Notes: a model not told the origin generated them from the letters alone. Shown: positions 26,718 through 35,396, counted from the first letter of the stretch. The stretch is DNA of 45,333 nucleotides from Candidatus Woesearchaeota archaeon (GCA_007117755.1 SKFY01000014.1:1-45333), one strand, 5' to 3'. Program-made: numbers and translations.

Positions 26718-27877
26718 CTTAACTCCTCCATTAATCTGAAAACTTCCGAGTAATTAAAAGCTGGGCCCGGATCAGATTTTTGTCTGTTAATTTCATCATG
26801 ACCAATTATGTGATTCCTATCAACTCTTATATTAGGATGTCTTTCAATAATATCATTAATTAGCTCCGCAGTAGATCTTATTTGTTCGGGAGTGTAAGCT
26901 TCCCAGCATCTACGTTCTCCACTAAGTTGATGAGGTACGTTAGGATTGCCCAAGTAACAACTAGTTACGGGACACGTAGAGTGGGAATAACCACAGCCTA
27001 CTAAACTAATACCTATAGATCGGGAGTTATAACCCGCATCACAAACTTCTTCTGCATAACCTAAACAACCAGCATGATTCGCAACTTTATTTTCATCTAC
27101 AAATTGAAATACTTGACCGTCTTTGTCAATTACGTAATGATAACTGAAACGTCCTTTACCGCCGTTCCACAGAACATTAAAAGTTGAGTCTGCAGAGGTA
27201 GTTACTGTGTAATGCATAACTATGGTATCTACTTGGCCATGTCTAGTTGAGTATGTTAATCCGTCTCTTTGCATGTATCCCCTGCTATTTTCGTAATAAT
27301 CTGTACTTATTGGTTTTTTAAAAGTTATTCTATAATCTCTTAAATCTCTGTAAATAATTGTTTCTAATTGTGATAAGCTATCAATCCTTACTAAATAATC
27401 ATTATTTTTTCCTTCTATGTTTATTTCGTATCCTGGTTGTCTTAAATTACTGGGATGATTAGCAATTGTGGTATAAAAATAAGGTTCTAAATAGTTTGTG
27501 AAACTCTCTTCAATATCCGGTTTGCATTCATTGGTTATAATTGGGTAAATGAATTCTCCACATTCAAATTCTTCTATTTCATGTTCATATGCTTCAACGT
27601 GGTATCCTGAAAAATCATTCAGCACATTTATTGTTTGAGCACTAGCTATTTTCATTGATGAATCTAAATAATTAAATTTTTCTTGTTGCGCGTCATAGGC
27701 GTGCATAACGGATAATTGATTATAACCTATGAATTCTGTTTCTTCTAACGCGGTTAGTAGTAAAAAGAGTGCTCCTACGAAGAATAAGACGAAGGCGAGG
27801 ACTAAGAATAGTAAAGTAACTACGCCTTTTTTGTTATTTGGTGAGTTCCCCATAATTTTTTTTCCCATAAAAAACAT
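26714..27877 (-). CDS. N-acetylmuramoyl-L-alanine amidase (Amidase_2/PGRP fold) behind a class III signal/TM anchor
   Basis: C-terminal domain DTIVMHYTVT...FSYHYVIDKDGQVFQFVDENKVANHAG...YNSRSIGISLVG...YTPEQIRSTAELINDIIERH...IIGHDEI...KSDPGPAF matches the Amidase_2 consensus (H.T...sYHy.Id.dG.i.q.v....A.HAg..N..SIGIe..G...yT..Q...l..L......I.gH.e....K.DPGp.F). The N-terminus is ...NNKKG|VVTLLFLVLAFVLFFVGALFLLL. Confidence 0.8.
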   Translation of the reverse strand: MFFMGKKIMGNSPNNKKGVVTLLFLVLAFVLFFVGALFLLLTALEETEFIGYNQLSVMHAYDAQQEKFNYLDSSMKIASAQTINVLNDFSGYHVEAYEHEIEEFECGEFIYPIITNECKPDIEESFTNYLEPYFYTTIANHPSNLRQPGYEINIEGKNNDYLVRIDSLSQLETIIYRDLRDYRITFKKPISTDYYENSRGYMQRDGLTYSTRHGQVDTIVMHYTVTTSADSTFNVLWNGGKGRFSYHYVIDKDGQVFQFVDENKVANHAGCLGYAEEVCDAGYNSRSIGISLVGCGYSHSTCPVTSCYLGNPNVPHQLSGERRCWEAYTPEQIRSTAELINDIIERHPNIRVDRNHIIGHDEINRQKSDPGPAFNYSEVFRLMEELS

Positions 27878-27897
27878 CCTTTATTAATAACTTTTTT

Positions 27898-28440
27898 TTA
27901 ACGACCACCTCTAGAAGGTCTAGGAACGAAGTATTCTGAAATACTCCTAACATCATCACTTGGTTTTATTAGTGTTGCAATAAAATAATAATCTTCACCC
28001 ATCATATTAGGCGTTAATTGAGGTTGACCAAAATCTAAAAACCTATATTGAATAGGAGCTCCCTTGGTGCAATCAAAATCCTCATCTTCAACTTTTTTTA
28101 TCCTAAAAACTAATTCGTTCCTACGAGAAATGCCTACTTCCTCATGTACAAAATCACTTAGTTTTTCTTTGAAACTTTCACATTTGTCTTCGTTCATATA
28201 CTCTACTAATAAATCAGCTACTGTGTTATTATTATTAGTATTATTAACAGGTAATCTGACAAGTGAATTCGTGAATGTTTGAGATTCTAAAAGCTTAGCT
28301 TCAGCTAAAAACCTATTTTTATTTTCTTGAATAGAACTGTTAAGAACAAACATTAACACTATACCTATTAGTATTAACATACCGAGAGCCATGAAAGCCC
28401 CTAAAAACTTCTCCATAATACCTTTTTTTCCTAATATCAT
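27898..28440 (-). CDS. type IV pilin-like (class III signal) protein, function unknown
   Basis: N-terminus MILGKKG|IMEKFLGAFMALGMLILIGIVLMFV; 180 aa. Confidence 0.55.
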   Translation of the reverse strand: MILGKKGIMEKFLGAFMALGMLILIGIVLMFVLNSSIQENKNRFLAEAKLLESQTFTNSLVRLPVNNTNNNNTVADLLVEYMNEDKCESFKEKLSDFVHEEVGISRRNELVFRIKKVEDEDFDCTKGAPIQYRFLDFGQPQLTPNMMGEDYYFIATLIKPSDDVRSISEYFVPRPSRGGR

Positions 28441-28447
28441 TTTATTT

Positions 28448-28906
28448 TCATATGTATAAATACGTAATTTTTAAAACTCCTATGCTACCATTTATAAAAA
28501 CGGGATACTCGAAAAATAATTGGTCACCGGTTAATAAAACCATTACGTTCTCAGTCTCAACATAACCTGTTTGTAAATCACCTGAAGAGTTAAAATAAGA
28601 ATACTCCACTATTAAACCACCTTCGAAACGACTTTTTAAAGGAATACAATCTTTAAAGTCTTCCTCGTTAAACTTGTTTAAATCTATACTGCCAAAACCA
28701 TGATTTTCATCAATCAAACAGTCTCTTAACAAAACAGATTCATAAATCTGATATTGAACAACAGGAAAAACCCCACTAGATAACTCACTAATATTACCCG
28801 CGTAAGCTGTAGAGAAAGAAAAAACAATAAGTAAAAAAGGCAACACAACTAATAAGAAGTAAAATAAGTGGTCAGCTTCAGTCATACTTAAAACGCCTTT
28901 TTTCAA
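28448..28906 (-). CDS. type IV pilin-like (class III signal) protein, function unknown
   Basis: The TTG start overlaps the upstream stop (TTGA), with GGAGG 7 nt upstream. N-terminus (M)KKG|VLSMTEADHLFYFLLVVLPFLLIVF. Confidence 0.55.
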   Translation of the reverse strand: MKKGVLSMTEADHLFYFLLVVLPFLLIVFSFSTAYAGNISELSSGVFPVVQYQIYESVLLRDCLIDENHGFGSIDLNKFNEEDFKDCIPLKSRFEGGLIVEYSYFNSSGDLQTGYVETENVMVLLTGDQLFFEYPVFINGSIGVLKITYLYI

Positions 28907-29688
28907 TTTGTAACCTCCATTATCTCATCAGCTAATGAAAAACTATAACGACTACCACTATATTCGTTAGGTAACCAAATAACTAAGATGTTCTCCATAA
29001 TAACTTCTTCACGATAACTATTAACACCCATTTCCCTCATGTTAGCACCTAAAAAACAACCAAGTTTACGGTACTCGGGGAAACGCTCAGGATACCTGAC
29101 CATAAAAGGACCGTCATGAAGACCGATAAATAAAAGTATGTCTGCTTGATGATCAAAAGTAGGTATTGGATAACCGTTAAAACCGAGATGATGATTGAGA
29201 TTCTCCACGAAATTAAAACTACCAACACCTATAGAATTTACTTTTACAATCCTATTATCTAAAATACCTGGTAAACTATTACAAAAAGATCTTAATTCAC
29301 CAATATCTTTAATCCCGAATTCTAATTCATCACCTTGCCTATAAATAGGTAAAGTAACACCTCTTTGAGATGTGAAACCAATTACTTCAACACCAGTAAA
29401 AGTTCTGAACTCACTCACGTCACTACCTTCCAAACTAGAAACCCTTACGCTATCACTACTTACAACCTCTAACAAATAATTAGGTCCTGCGCTATAAACA
29501 ATTTCTACGTCGCTACGCGAAGCAGTAACGGACTCTATTAATAAAGCTAAATCCCTGCTGAATAATTCTTCTTGACTAGAAACGCCGTAGTTTAGAAGAT
29601 TCATCATGCCAAATAATATCAGAGCGCCTATAGCTACGTTAAAGCCAGTAAAGAAAACCATTTGAACAGAATTTCCTTTTTTATTCAT
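28903..29688 (-). CDS. type IV pilin-like (class III signal) protein, function unknown
   Basis: I prefer ATG 29688 (GGAGG 6 nt upstream, TAATG overlap with the upstream stop) to the track's TTG at 29715. N-terminus MNKKG|NSVQMVFFTGFNVAIGALILFGMM. Confidence 0.55.
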   Translation of the reverse strand: MNKKGNSVQMVFFTGFNVAIGALILFGMMNLLNYGVSSQEELFSRDLALLIESVTASRSDVEIVYSAGPNYLLEVVSSDSVRVSSLEGSDVSEFRTFTGVEVIGFTSQRGVTLPIYRQGDELEFGIKDIGELRSFCNSLPGILDNRIVKVNSIGVGSFNFVENLNHHLGFNGYPIPTFDHQADILLFIGLHDGPFMVRYPERFPEYRKLGCFLGANMREMGVNSYREEVIMENILVIWLPNEYSGSRYSFSLADEIMEVTN

Positions 29689-30386
29689 TAAGAACCTCCT
29701 GGTGTTGGAGAACAATTATTATCGGAAGAAAAGCAAAAACTAATAACACCACCTTCTTTTTTAGTTAAATAAAAATAAGAGTCACGCACGAGATCATGAC
29801 GGATGCCGAAACTGTTAGTCCATTTAGCAGTATCTGCATCTGGATCGACAACATCCGGATTGACAACATCCTGATCGTCAGGATAAGCATCTTCAAACAT
29901 TATTTCTTCTTCAATAACATAGTTTTCAAAGGACAAACAAGAATACTCGCTGCAAGAATACTCTATAGTAATCATCTCACCATGTCTTTCATTAAATCTT
30001 TGCACTCCTTGATTACATAAACAAATACACAGATTATTAGAGTCGCAAGAACTAGGTTTAAAATTGCTTGTTACATCAGAAAAAAGATGACGATTGCGCG
30101 AAATAGCCAAAGGACCAGGCTTATAATCATATTCACTATCAGGGTTTAAAAAAACTATTTTTGAATCAGGCTTTAAACTAAATCTGAAAGACTCCGTGGA
30201 GCCTTCATCCATGCTAATTAAAGTTTCTTCTAAATAATTCGTGAAAATTTCTAATTCTGTAGTATCCTCTCCGAAGAAATAACTTCCTAAACGAACAGTG
30301 AAAGTACAGGAAGCAATAAATAAAGACATAAATAAAACTAGGCTTAATATCCTAAAATACATAGTGCTAGTCTGTCCTTTTCTCAA
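29688..30386 (-). CDS. type IV pilin-like (class III signal) Cys-rich protein, function unknown
   Basis: TTG start with AGAGGT 8 nt upstream. N-terminus (M)RKG|QTSTMYFRILSLVLFMSLFIAS. It contains a Cys cluster SSCDSNNLCICLCNQG...YSCSEYSC. Confidence 0.55.
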   Translation of the reverse strand: MRKGQTSTMYFRILSLVLFMSLFIASCTFTVRLGSYFFGEDTTELEIFTNYLEETLISMDEGSTESFRFSLKPDSKIVFLNPDSEYDYKPGPLAISRNRHLFSDVTSNFKPSSCDSNNLCICLCNQGVQRFNERHGEMITIEYSCSEYSCLSFENYVIEEEIMFEDAYPDDQDVVNPDVVDPDADTAKWTNSFGIRHDLVRDSYFYLTKKEGGVISFCFSSDNNCSPTPGGS

Positions 30387-30393
30387 AATAAAA

Positions 30394-30567
30394 TTACCTC
30401 TTTATTAAAAAAAATATTAGTAGTCCTAAATCAACATCTCCCGCGCCTGCTATACCTTCTAATAATCCTCCGCTGTGGTTAAATGCGAGGTATCCTAGTA
30501 GTAAAACTAGCAGTCCTAACACGAAATATATTAGTTCTTGTATTCCTAATGCACCTTTTTTTTTCAT
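30394..30567 (-). CDS. mini pilin-like ORF (57 aa; not in ORF track)
   Basis: Hand translation gives MKKKGALGIQELIYFVLGLLVLLLGYLAFNHSGGLLEGIAGAGDVDLGLLIFFLIKR. Its N-terminus closely parallels that of the 590-aa protein (KKAMGIREVIYWLIGIV). Confidence 0.5.
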   Translation of the reverse strand: MKKKGALGIQELIYFVLGLLVLLLGYLAFNHSGGLLEGIAGAGDVDLGLLIFFLIKR

Positions 30568-30620
30568 CACGTCATCACCCTTGTTGTTAAGTTATTAAAT
30601 CTTTTAATTTTTAAAACTTT

Positions 30621-32012
30621 TTAATTAAGCTCATCAAATGAAATATAGCCATAATTATCAGCATAACTTGCTACATTGGAGTTAGGAGGCCCTATGAAGA
30701 TTACTTCACCATTACCTCTAAATGCATCCTCAAGAATCCTGGAAACATCACCTCTAAATATAACTTCATTTAAGTTATTATCATCAAAAGCTTTTTCTCC
30801 TATAAGTTCTAAACTTTCAGGGAATTCAACCCTTGTTAAATTATTTGATCTGAAAGCAAAATCCCTTATTTCTTCAATATTATTCCCGAATTTGACTTCA
30901 GACAATTCATTCATACTAAAAGCATGAATACCTATAGACTTAATACTGTCTCCAAATTCAACTTTTGATAACTTATTTTCACTGAAAGCACCACTTGGAA
31001 TAGTATCAATTGTATCAGGAAACTCTACAGACTCTAAGTTTTTACGTTTAAAAGCGTCCTGAGCAAGTGCAACAACCGTTCTACCATCTATTTCCCGAGG
31101 AATTACTAAACGGGTTTGTGGAGGTGCATAATCGCTGAAACCCCAAACCGCGATAGAATTATCCCCCCGTGCAGAATACATAAAAATGTTATAACCTGCT
31201 AAATTTCTAGAATTATCATCACAAAACGCATCGTGTTCTATCATCCTTTTTTTTAAAGTGACAACATCATCAAAATCAGTATCTAAGCAACCTGGTCTTA
31301 TAATATCCCTAATAATAGGCATTGTTCTAGCAGGATCCCTACAAGCTGTAACGTGAGCATTCACCACTCTTCTCCCAGTTACGGGAATGAAACAAATATT
31401 ATCCTGGTTTTTTAATATGTATAAAAAATAATTGTGTGAATATCTATAATTTATTTTTTTTTTTTTTTCTAAAAGTAAGCTTTCCCATTCTTCAAAAGAT
31501 AAACTTTCAACACGTGAAAAATCTATATTAGATGGATAAAGACCTCTATTATAATCCCTAATTTCATCATATAAAGATTTGGCTTCTTGTTCTCCATAAA
31601 CTACGCAAGGTTTTAAATCGTTAAATTCATGACGTTGTATTACATTCTCCCCACTATAAAGTTCTAAACGAGTTACTGAATTTTCCTCTTTTAAACTTAT
31701 AGAGAAATCATTGTCAAAAAAACTCTTGTGAAAAATATCAATTACTCCAAAACAAAAATTTTCATCAGACTCCACCACGTTTGTTAATTGATTGCGAAAA
31801 CCCGAGAATACATCCATAGCATCACGCTGATCCATAACTATAACTTCTCTACCCCCTCCGGATCTACTACGCTCAGAAAAATCTAAAAAATCAATTGCCC
31901 TATCAAAAGTAGGTAATAAGCCAGACTGTATACTGTTAAAGATGAATATTAAGAATAAGACTACTATAACTGCGGATACAAGCGTTACAGCACTCAAACC
32001 TTTTTTATTCAT
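30621..32012 (-). CDS. class III signal protein with C-terminal BspA-type leucine-rich repeats
   Basis: N-terminus MNKKG|LSAVTLVSAVIVVLFLIFIF. The C-terminal ~140 aa hold ~23-aa repeats (FPDTIDTIPSGAFSENKLSKVEF / GDSIKSIGIHAFSMNELSEVKF / GNNIEEIRDFAFRSNNLTRVEF / PESLELIGEKAFDDNNLNEVIF). Confidence 0.7.
   Translation of the reverse strand: MNKKGLSAVTLVSAVIVVLFLIFIFNSIQSGLLPTFDRAIDFLDFSERSRSGGGREVIVMDQRDAMDVFSGFRNQLTNVVESDENFCFGVIDIFHKSFFDNDFSISLKEENSVTRLELYSGENVIQRHEFNDLKPCVVYGEQEAKSLYDEIRDYNRGLYPSNIDFSRVESLSFEEWESLLLEKKKKINYRYSHNYFLYILKNQDNICFIPVTGRRVVNAHVTACRDPARTMPIIRDIIRPGCLDTDFDDVVTLKKRMIEHDAFCDDNSRNLAGYNIFMYSARGDNSIAVWGFSDYAPPQTRLVIPREIDGRTVVALAQDAFKRKNLESVEFPDTIDTIPSGAFSENKLSKVEFGDSIKSIGIHAFSMNELSEVKFGNNIEEIRDFAFRSNNLTRVEFPESLELIGEKAFDDNNLNEVIFRGDVSRILEDAFRGNGEVIFIGPPNSNVASYADNYGYISFDELN
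30692..31115 (-). repeat. protein-level LRR (BspA/LRR_5-type) repeat block inside the CDS
   Basis: About 5-6 units with the ..I..IG..AF....L..V.F periodicity. Confidence 0.65.
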
Positions 32013-32146
32013 CCGAACGTTACCTCTATCAAATTAAAAAATTCTCCACTTAATGTGTATATGAAATATATTATTACGGCAAGGGTAATAGCTATAGCAA
32101 CCCATTTTCCTAATTCACTAAATAATATATTGGCTTTTTTATTCAA
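32009..32146 (-). CDS. mini pilin-like ORF (45 aa, TTG start; not in ORF track)
   Basis: (M)NKKANILFSELGKWVAIAITLAVIIYFIYTLSGEFFNLIEVTFG. Its TTG overlaps the upstream stop (TTGAATAA) and its TGA overlaps the downstream ATG (ATGA). Length is 138 nt in frame. Confidence 0.45.
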   Translation of the reverse strand: MNKKANILFSELGKWVAIAITLAVIIYFIYTLSGEFFNLIEVTFG

Positions 32147-33473
32147 TTAAATCACACTCATCAAATATTTCACTAGCAGGAGCTATGATCAAAGCATTAT
32201 TACCTATTATGTCCGGACTGAATAATCTGTGATCACTGTCAAAAATTCTTTTGTACCACGCAGGTACGTCACTAGTGCTTACGAAAGCGACGTAGTAAGG
32301 AACAGATATGTTAATATCTTTTACGATAGGAGGGAATCTCATACCATCAGATATTTCAAACATGTAAGAATCACCAGGTATTACGTCAGAGCTTAAATCA
32401 GTTATTTTTAAAGTATCGTGAAGCTCTATTAAAGTATTTATTATAGCCTGGCCTAATTCTTGTACCGAAGAAACTTCAGAGCCTACTCCTTGATAGAAAT
32501 GTTTACTTAGTAAAGGTCTTATTTGTTCTCTTAATATTCTTGATTCATGATCACTGCCTATTAATAAACGCACTTCCTCATTTTGAATACCAAGCATTAA
32601 CATTACTCCTTGACGGGTAGATGCGTTATCTAATGCTATGTTATCAGCTATTTGTCTAGTTCGAGATAATGCTAAGCTATTGAATTCTTCAGCTACTACA
32701 ACAAATAAATCCCCTATGTTATCTTCTCTAAAATCCTGACCTAAACTTTGTATTTCGTTTAAAACATCATGGCTTAGTCTTCCAGAATAATCACTTACGT
32801 AAATGAAGTCGCTTTCATCAATTAATCGAGATCTTATACTTCTATGCATCAGGATTTCATGATCAGAAGGAGGACTTAAACGAGTTTGGAATTCGAAAGA
32901 AGCACTTATATACTCATAACTAGCTCCTCCTCTTAGTACTGGAGGATTATAAACTGTGTTCACCCAATAATTTACTACTTCTTCTGCAGAGATTGTTTTT
33001 TCATTACTATTACCCATATCAGGACGATAATCAATAGGGTAATCACTTATGTTACCTTCGAATTCATCCCCTATAAATCTGAATCTTGAACATACACCAC
33101 AAGCTTTTCCACTCTCCAGTCTTTGCTGTCCAAAAACGTCAAGTACTTGTCCGTCAGCGAATTTATACCAACACTCAGCAGCCAATTCACTTATAGTATT
33201 TAGAGCATCGTCCCTAGTGGATACTTCTACGTCTTTAGCTTCGCCAGTTTTACAAAATAAAGGAGGGAGTATGTCGTCTCCGAATATACCTATGTCTATA
33301 AAGTATCTGTCTCTTGCTAATACCGATTTTCTACACAATTCTATGTCTGCTGAGTCCGTAGCGGCTCTTATTATAGTTGCGTAGGCTATGCTGAGTATTC
33401 CACTAACTAATATTATTAATATTAAAACAACAAGTGTTTTCCTGGTTAATCCTTTTCTATACGCCAATACCAA
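32139..33473 (-). CDS. class III signal protein with a TPM-like domain
   Basis: N-terminus ...YRKG|LTRKTLVVLILIILVSGIL (TTG start at 33473 or 33467). The segment VSDYSGRLSHDVLNEIQSL...LFVVVAEEF...IADNIALDNASTRQGVMLMLGIQNEEVRLLIGSDHESRIL follows the TPM-domain pattern (V.D.A.lLs....l...l...i.vvtv....A..lf..w.iG....nGVLLLva..dR.vRIevGyGLE). Confidence 0.5.
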   Translation of the reverse strand: MVLAYRKGLTRKTLVVLILIILVSGILSIAYATIIRAATDSADIELCRKSVLARDRYFIDIGIFGDDILPPLFCKTGEAKDVEVSTRDDALNTISELAAECWYKFADGQVLDVFGQQRLESGKACGVCSRFRFIGDEFEGNISDYPIDYRPDMGNSNEKTISAEEVVNYWVNTVYNPPVLRGGASYEYISASFEFQTRLSPPSDHEILMHRSIRSRLIDESDFIYVSDYSGRLSHDVLNEIQSLGQDFREDNIGDLFVVVAEEFNSLALSRTRQIADNIALDNASTRQGVMLMLGIQNEEVRLLIGSDHESRILREQIRPLLSKHFYQGVGSEVSSVQELGQAIINTLIELHDTLKITDLSSDVIPGDSYMFEISDGMRFPPIVKDINISVPYYVAFVSTSDVPAWYKRIFDSDHRLFSPDIIGNNALIIAPASEIFDECDLIE

Positions 33474-33573
33474 TCACCCTGGCAGCTATTATTAGTATAG
33501 CTCCACATACTAAAATAGTTAATATAATTATCATTAATTGTTCTAAACTCATTAATCCTTTTTTTTTAACCAT
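33457..33573 (-). CDS. mini pilin-like ORF (38 aa; not in ORF track)
   Basis: MVKKKGLMSLEQLMIIILTILVCGAILIIAARVIGIGV is a class III-type N-terminus and helix only. Its 3' end overlaps the start of the next gene. Confidence 0.45.
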   Translation of the reverse strand: MVKKKGLMSLEQLMIIILTILVCGAILIIAARVIGIGV

Positions 33574-33623
33574 AACTTTCTCATTATGAATAGTCATAGA
33601 AGTGGTATTTAAAAGTTTCTTAA

Positions 33624-35396
33624 TCAGATAATATCAATGTATAATCTGTAATTATCTTGCACACTACTTCCTAGTTGGTTATATAGGCCAACGTTTAACG
33701 TGAATGTTTGTCCGGGTTCGGCACCTGGTATGCTTAAAGGGTTTAAATCTTTACAATCTTTATAAGATATGGTAGTGTCTACCCCGGGTCCTGTTAATGA
33801 TCCTGAACACTTAGCCGTATAATAATCATTTTCAATCCCGAAACTTATGTCTACATGATTATCAAAAGGCGGGTTTAAAGAGGCAGTGACTGTTTTTGTT
33901 CTTTGATTATTCATCTCGTAATCAACACTATTAACTCTAAATGTTAAATAAGGAGGATCTGTTATTACGTTAAAATACCTTCTTTGTTCGTCTACTATTG
34001 TCGCGTCTTCTCGTAATATCGTGATTAATTGATATCTTCCTATATCATCAGATCTTAAAGTTATGAAGTCGCTTAATGATAATTCGCTAGAACAACTACT
34101 TGTATCTCCCCAGACTTCTTGACCTTCTTGGTTTTGTATAGAGTAAGAACAAGTAAGTTCTTCATGGCTTCCAGTATATTTGACAGCGAGTGTTAAAACT
34201 ACTTCTTCGTCTGAAGAAACAGGTATTTCCGCAGGGAATGATTGGAAGTCTAGTAAGTCTTCATAATCGTCTATGCCGAATAAAGTGTATAATCGTGGAG
34301 ATTCAAAACTAGAATCTCTTGTTTGTAAAACCACTCTATACGTTGCTAGTTGAGAAGTGGTTTCTTCTCCGAATAATCTGAAAATTAGTTCATACTCAGC
34401 GTCTCTGATAAAGTTTTCAACATCATAATTTATTCTTATAGGTAATAACATTAAGTTTGAACAGCCTGAAATATCACTTCCTAAAAGATTTTGTGGAGAG
34501 CCAGCTTCGTTTAGTTTCCAGAAGTGGTAACCGCATTGTTTTACATTACTACCTTTGATATTGCTAACTTCTAAAAACACACTACTTAAAAACTCGCTAT
34601 CTTGTTTTAACTTTACTAAATCCACAGGTATTGTATTAACAGCTTCTTTTGAAAGGTGTATTGTTCTTCCATAAAGTTTAAAATCTGCACTAGCAGGAGT
34701 TACTATTTGAGGAGGCGGAGGAGGAGTTACAGGTTCAATAGTTGTCTCATCTGTTACTTCAGGAGGTTCTTCATCCGGAGGTATTACTGTGAAAGGTATT
34801 ATTACACTAGTCAGTATTTCTTCTTCTACACTAACTATTACTGTGAGTGTGTAAGAACCTACTTCTTCTTGAGAAAGACGGAATGTGTTATTGAAAATTT
34901 CTTCATTTTCATCTGTTTTAATGCTCGCTGTATAGTTCCAAGACATGTTGTTAGAAGCTATTCTACCATTGGAATCAGTCATTCTAATACTAAGATTGAA
35001 TTCTCGTATGTTATCAACCCATAATTCATAAGTGTAATTATTAGGAACTTGCAGTGTTTGTCTTTGATTATGCCTTACGACTTCATTATCTTCTTTTCTA
35101 ATTTGTATAATAGGAGGATCTTGAGTATCTACAGGCCTTCCTCCTGGTCTGAAATTAGTAGCGTTTACACAACATACTTGATTGGGGACGATGCTACCGT
35201 CTGATAATTTACATTGAGAAGAAGCTCTTATTTCTTGAGGTCCGCAAGAGTCCCTGCATTCTCCTGGGCAAATGCTTATTTGGTCTCCGAAGGGATCCCA
35301 GGCTTGGTATATACCGTATAAGATAGTTGTGAAAATAACTATGCCTATAAGCCAGTATATTACTTCTCTAATACCCATGGCTTTTTTGTTTAGCAT
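33624..35396 (-). CDS. large pilin-like (class III signal) protein: six-Cys knob, beta-rich repeats and a Pro-rich linker
   Basis: N-terminus MLNKKA|MGIREVIYWLIGIVIFTTILYG. Then ICPGECRDSCGPQEIRASSQCKLSDGSIVPNQVCCVN and the Pro-rich PPDEEPPEVTDETTIEPVTPPPPPQIVTP. Length is 590 aa. Confidence 0.6.
   Translation of the reverse strand: MLNKKAMGIREVIYWLIGIVIFTTILYGIYQAWDPFGDQISICPGECRDSCGPQEIRASSQCKLSDGSIVPNQVCCVNATNFRPGGRPVDTQDPPIIQIRKEDNEVVRHNQRQTLQVPNNYTYELWVDNIREFNLSIRMTDSNGRIASNNMSWNYTASIKTDENEEIFNNTFRLSQEEVGSYTLTVIVSVEEEILTSVIIPFTVIPPDEEPPEVTDETTIEPVTPPPPPQIVTPASADFKLYGRTIHLSKEAVNTIPVDLVKLKQDSEFLSSVFLEVSNIKGSNVKQCGYHFWKLNEAGSPQNLLGSDISGCSNLMLLPIRINYDVENFIRDAEYELIFRLFGEETTSQLATYRVVLQTRDSSFESPRLYTLFGIDDYEDLLDFQSFPAEIPVSSDEEVVLTLAVKYTGSHEELTCSYSIQNQEGQEVWGDTSSCSSELSLSDFITLRSDDIGRYQLITILREDATIVDEQRRYFNVITDPPYLTFRVNSVDYEMNNQRTKTVTASLNPPFDNHVDISFGIENDYYTAKCSGSLTGPGVDTTISYKDCKDLNPLSIPGAEPGQTFTLNVGLYNQLGSSVQDNYRLYIDII

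Noticed and set aside
28903-29688. Possible Amidase_3 motif (QADILLFIGLHDG versus ADLFISIHAN) in the 261-aa pilin-like protein
   Set aside because: The other Amidase_3 landmarks (N-terminal GHGG, downstream Glu and His ligands) are not visible. The resemblance is a single short stretch.
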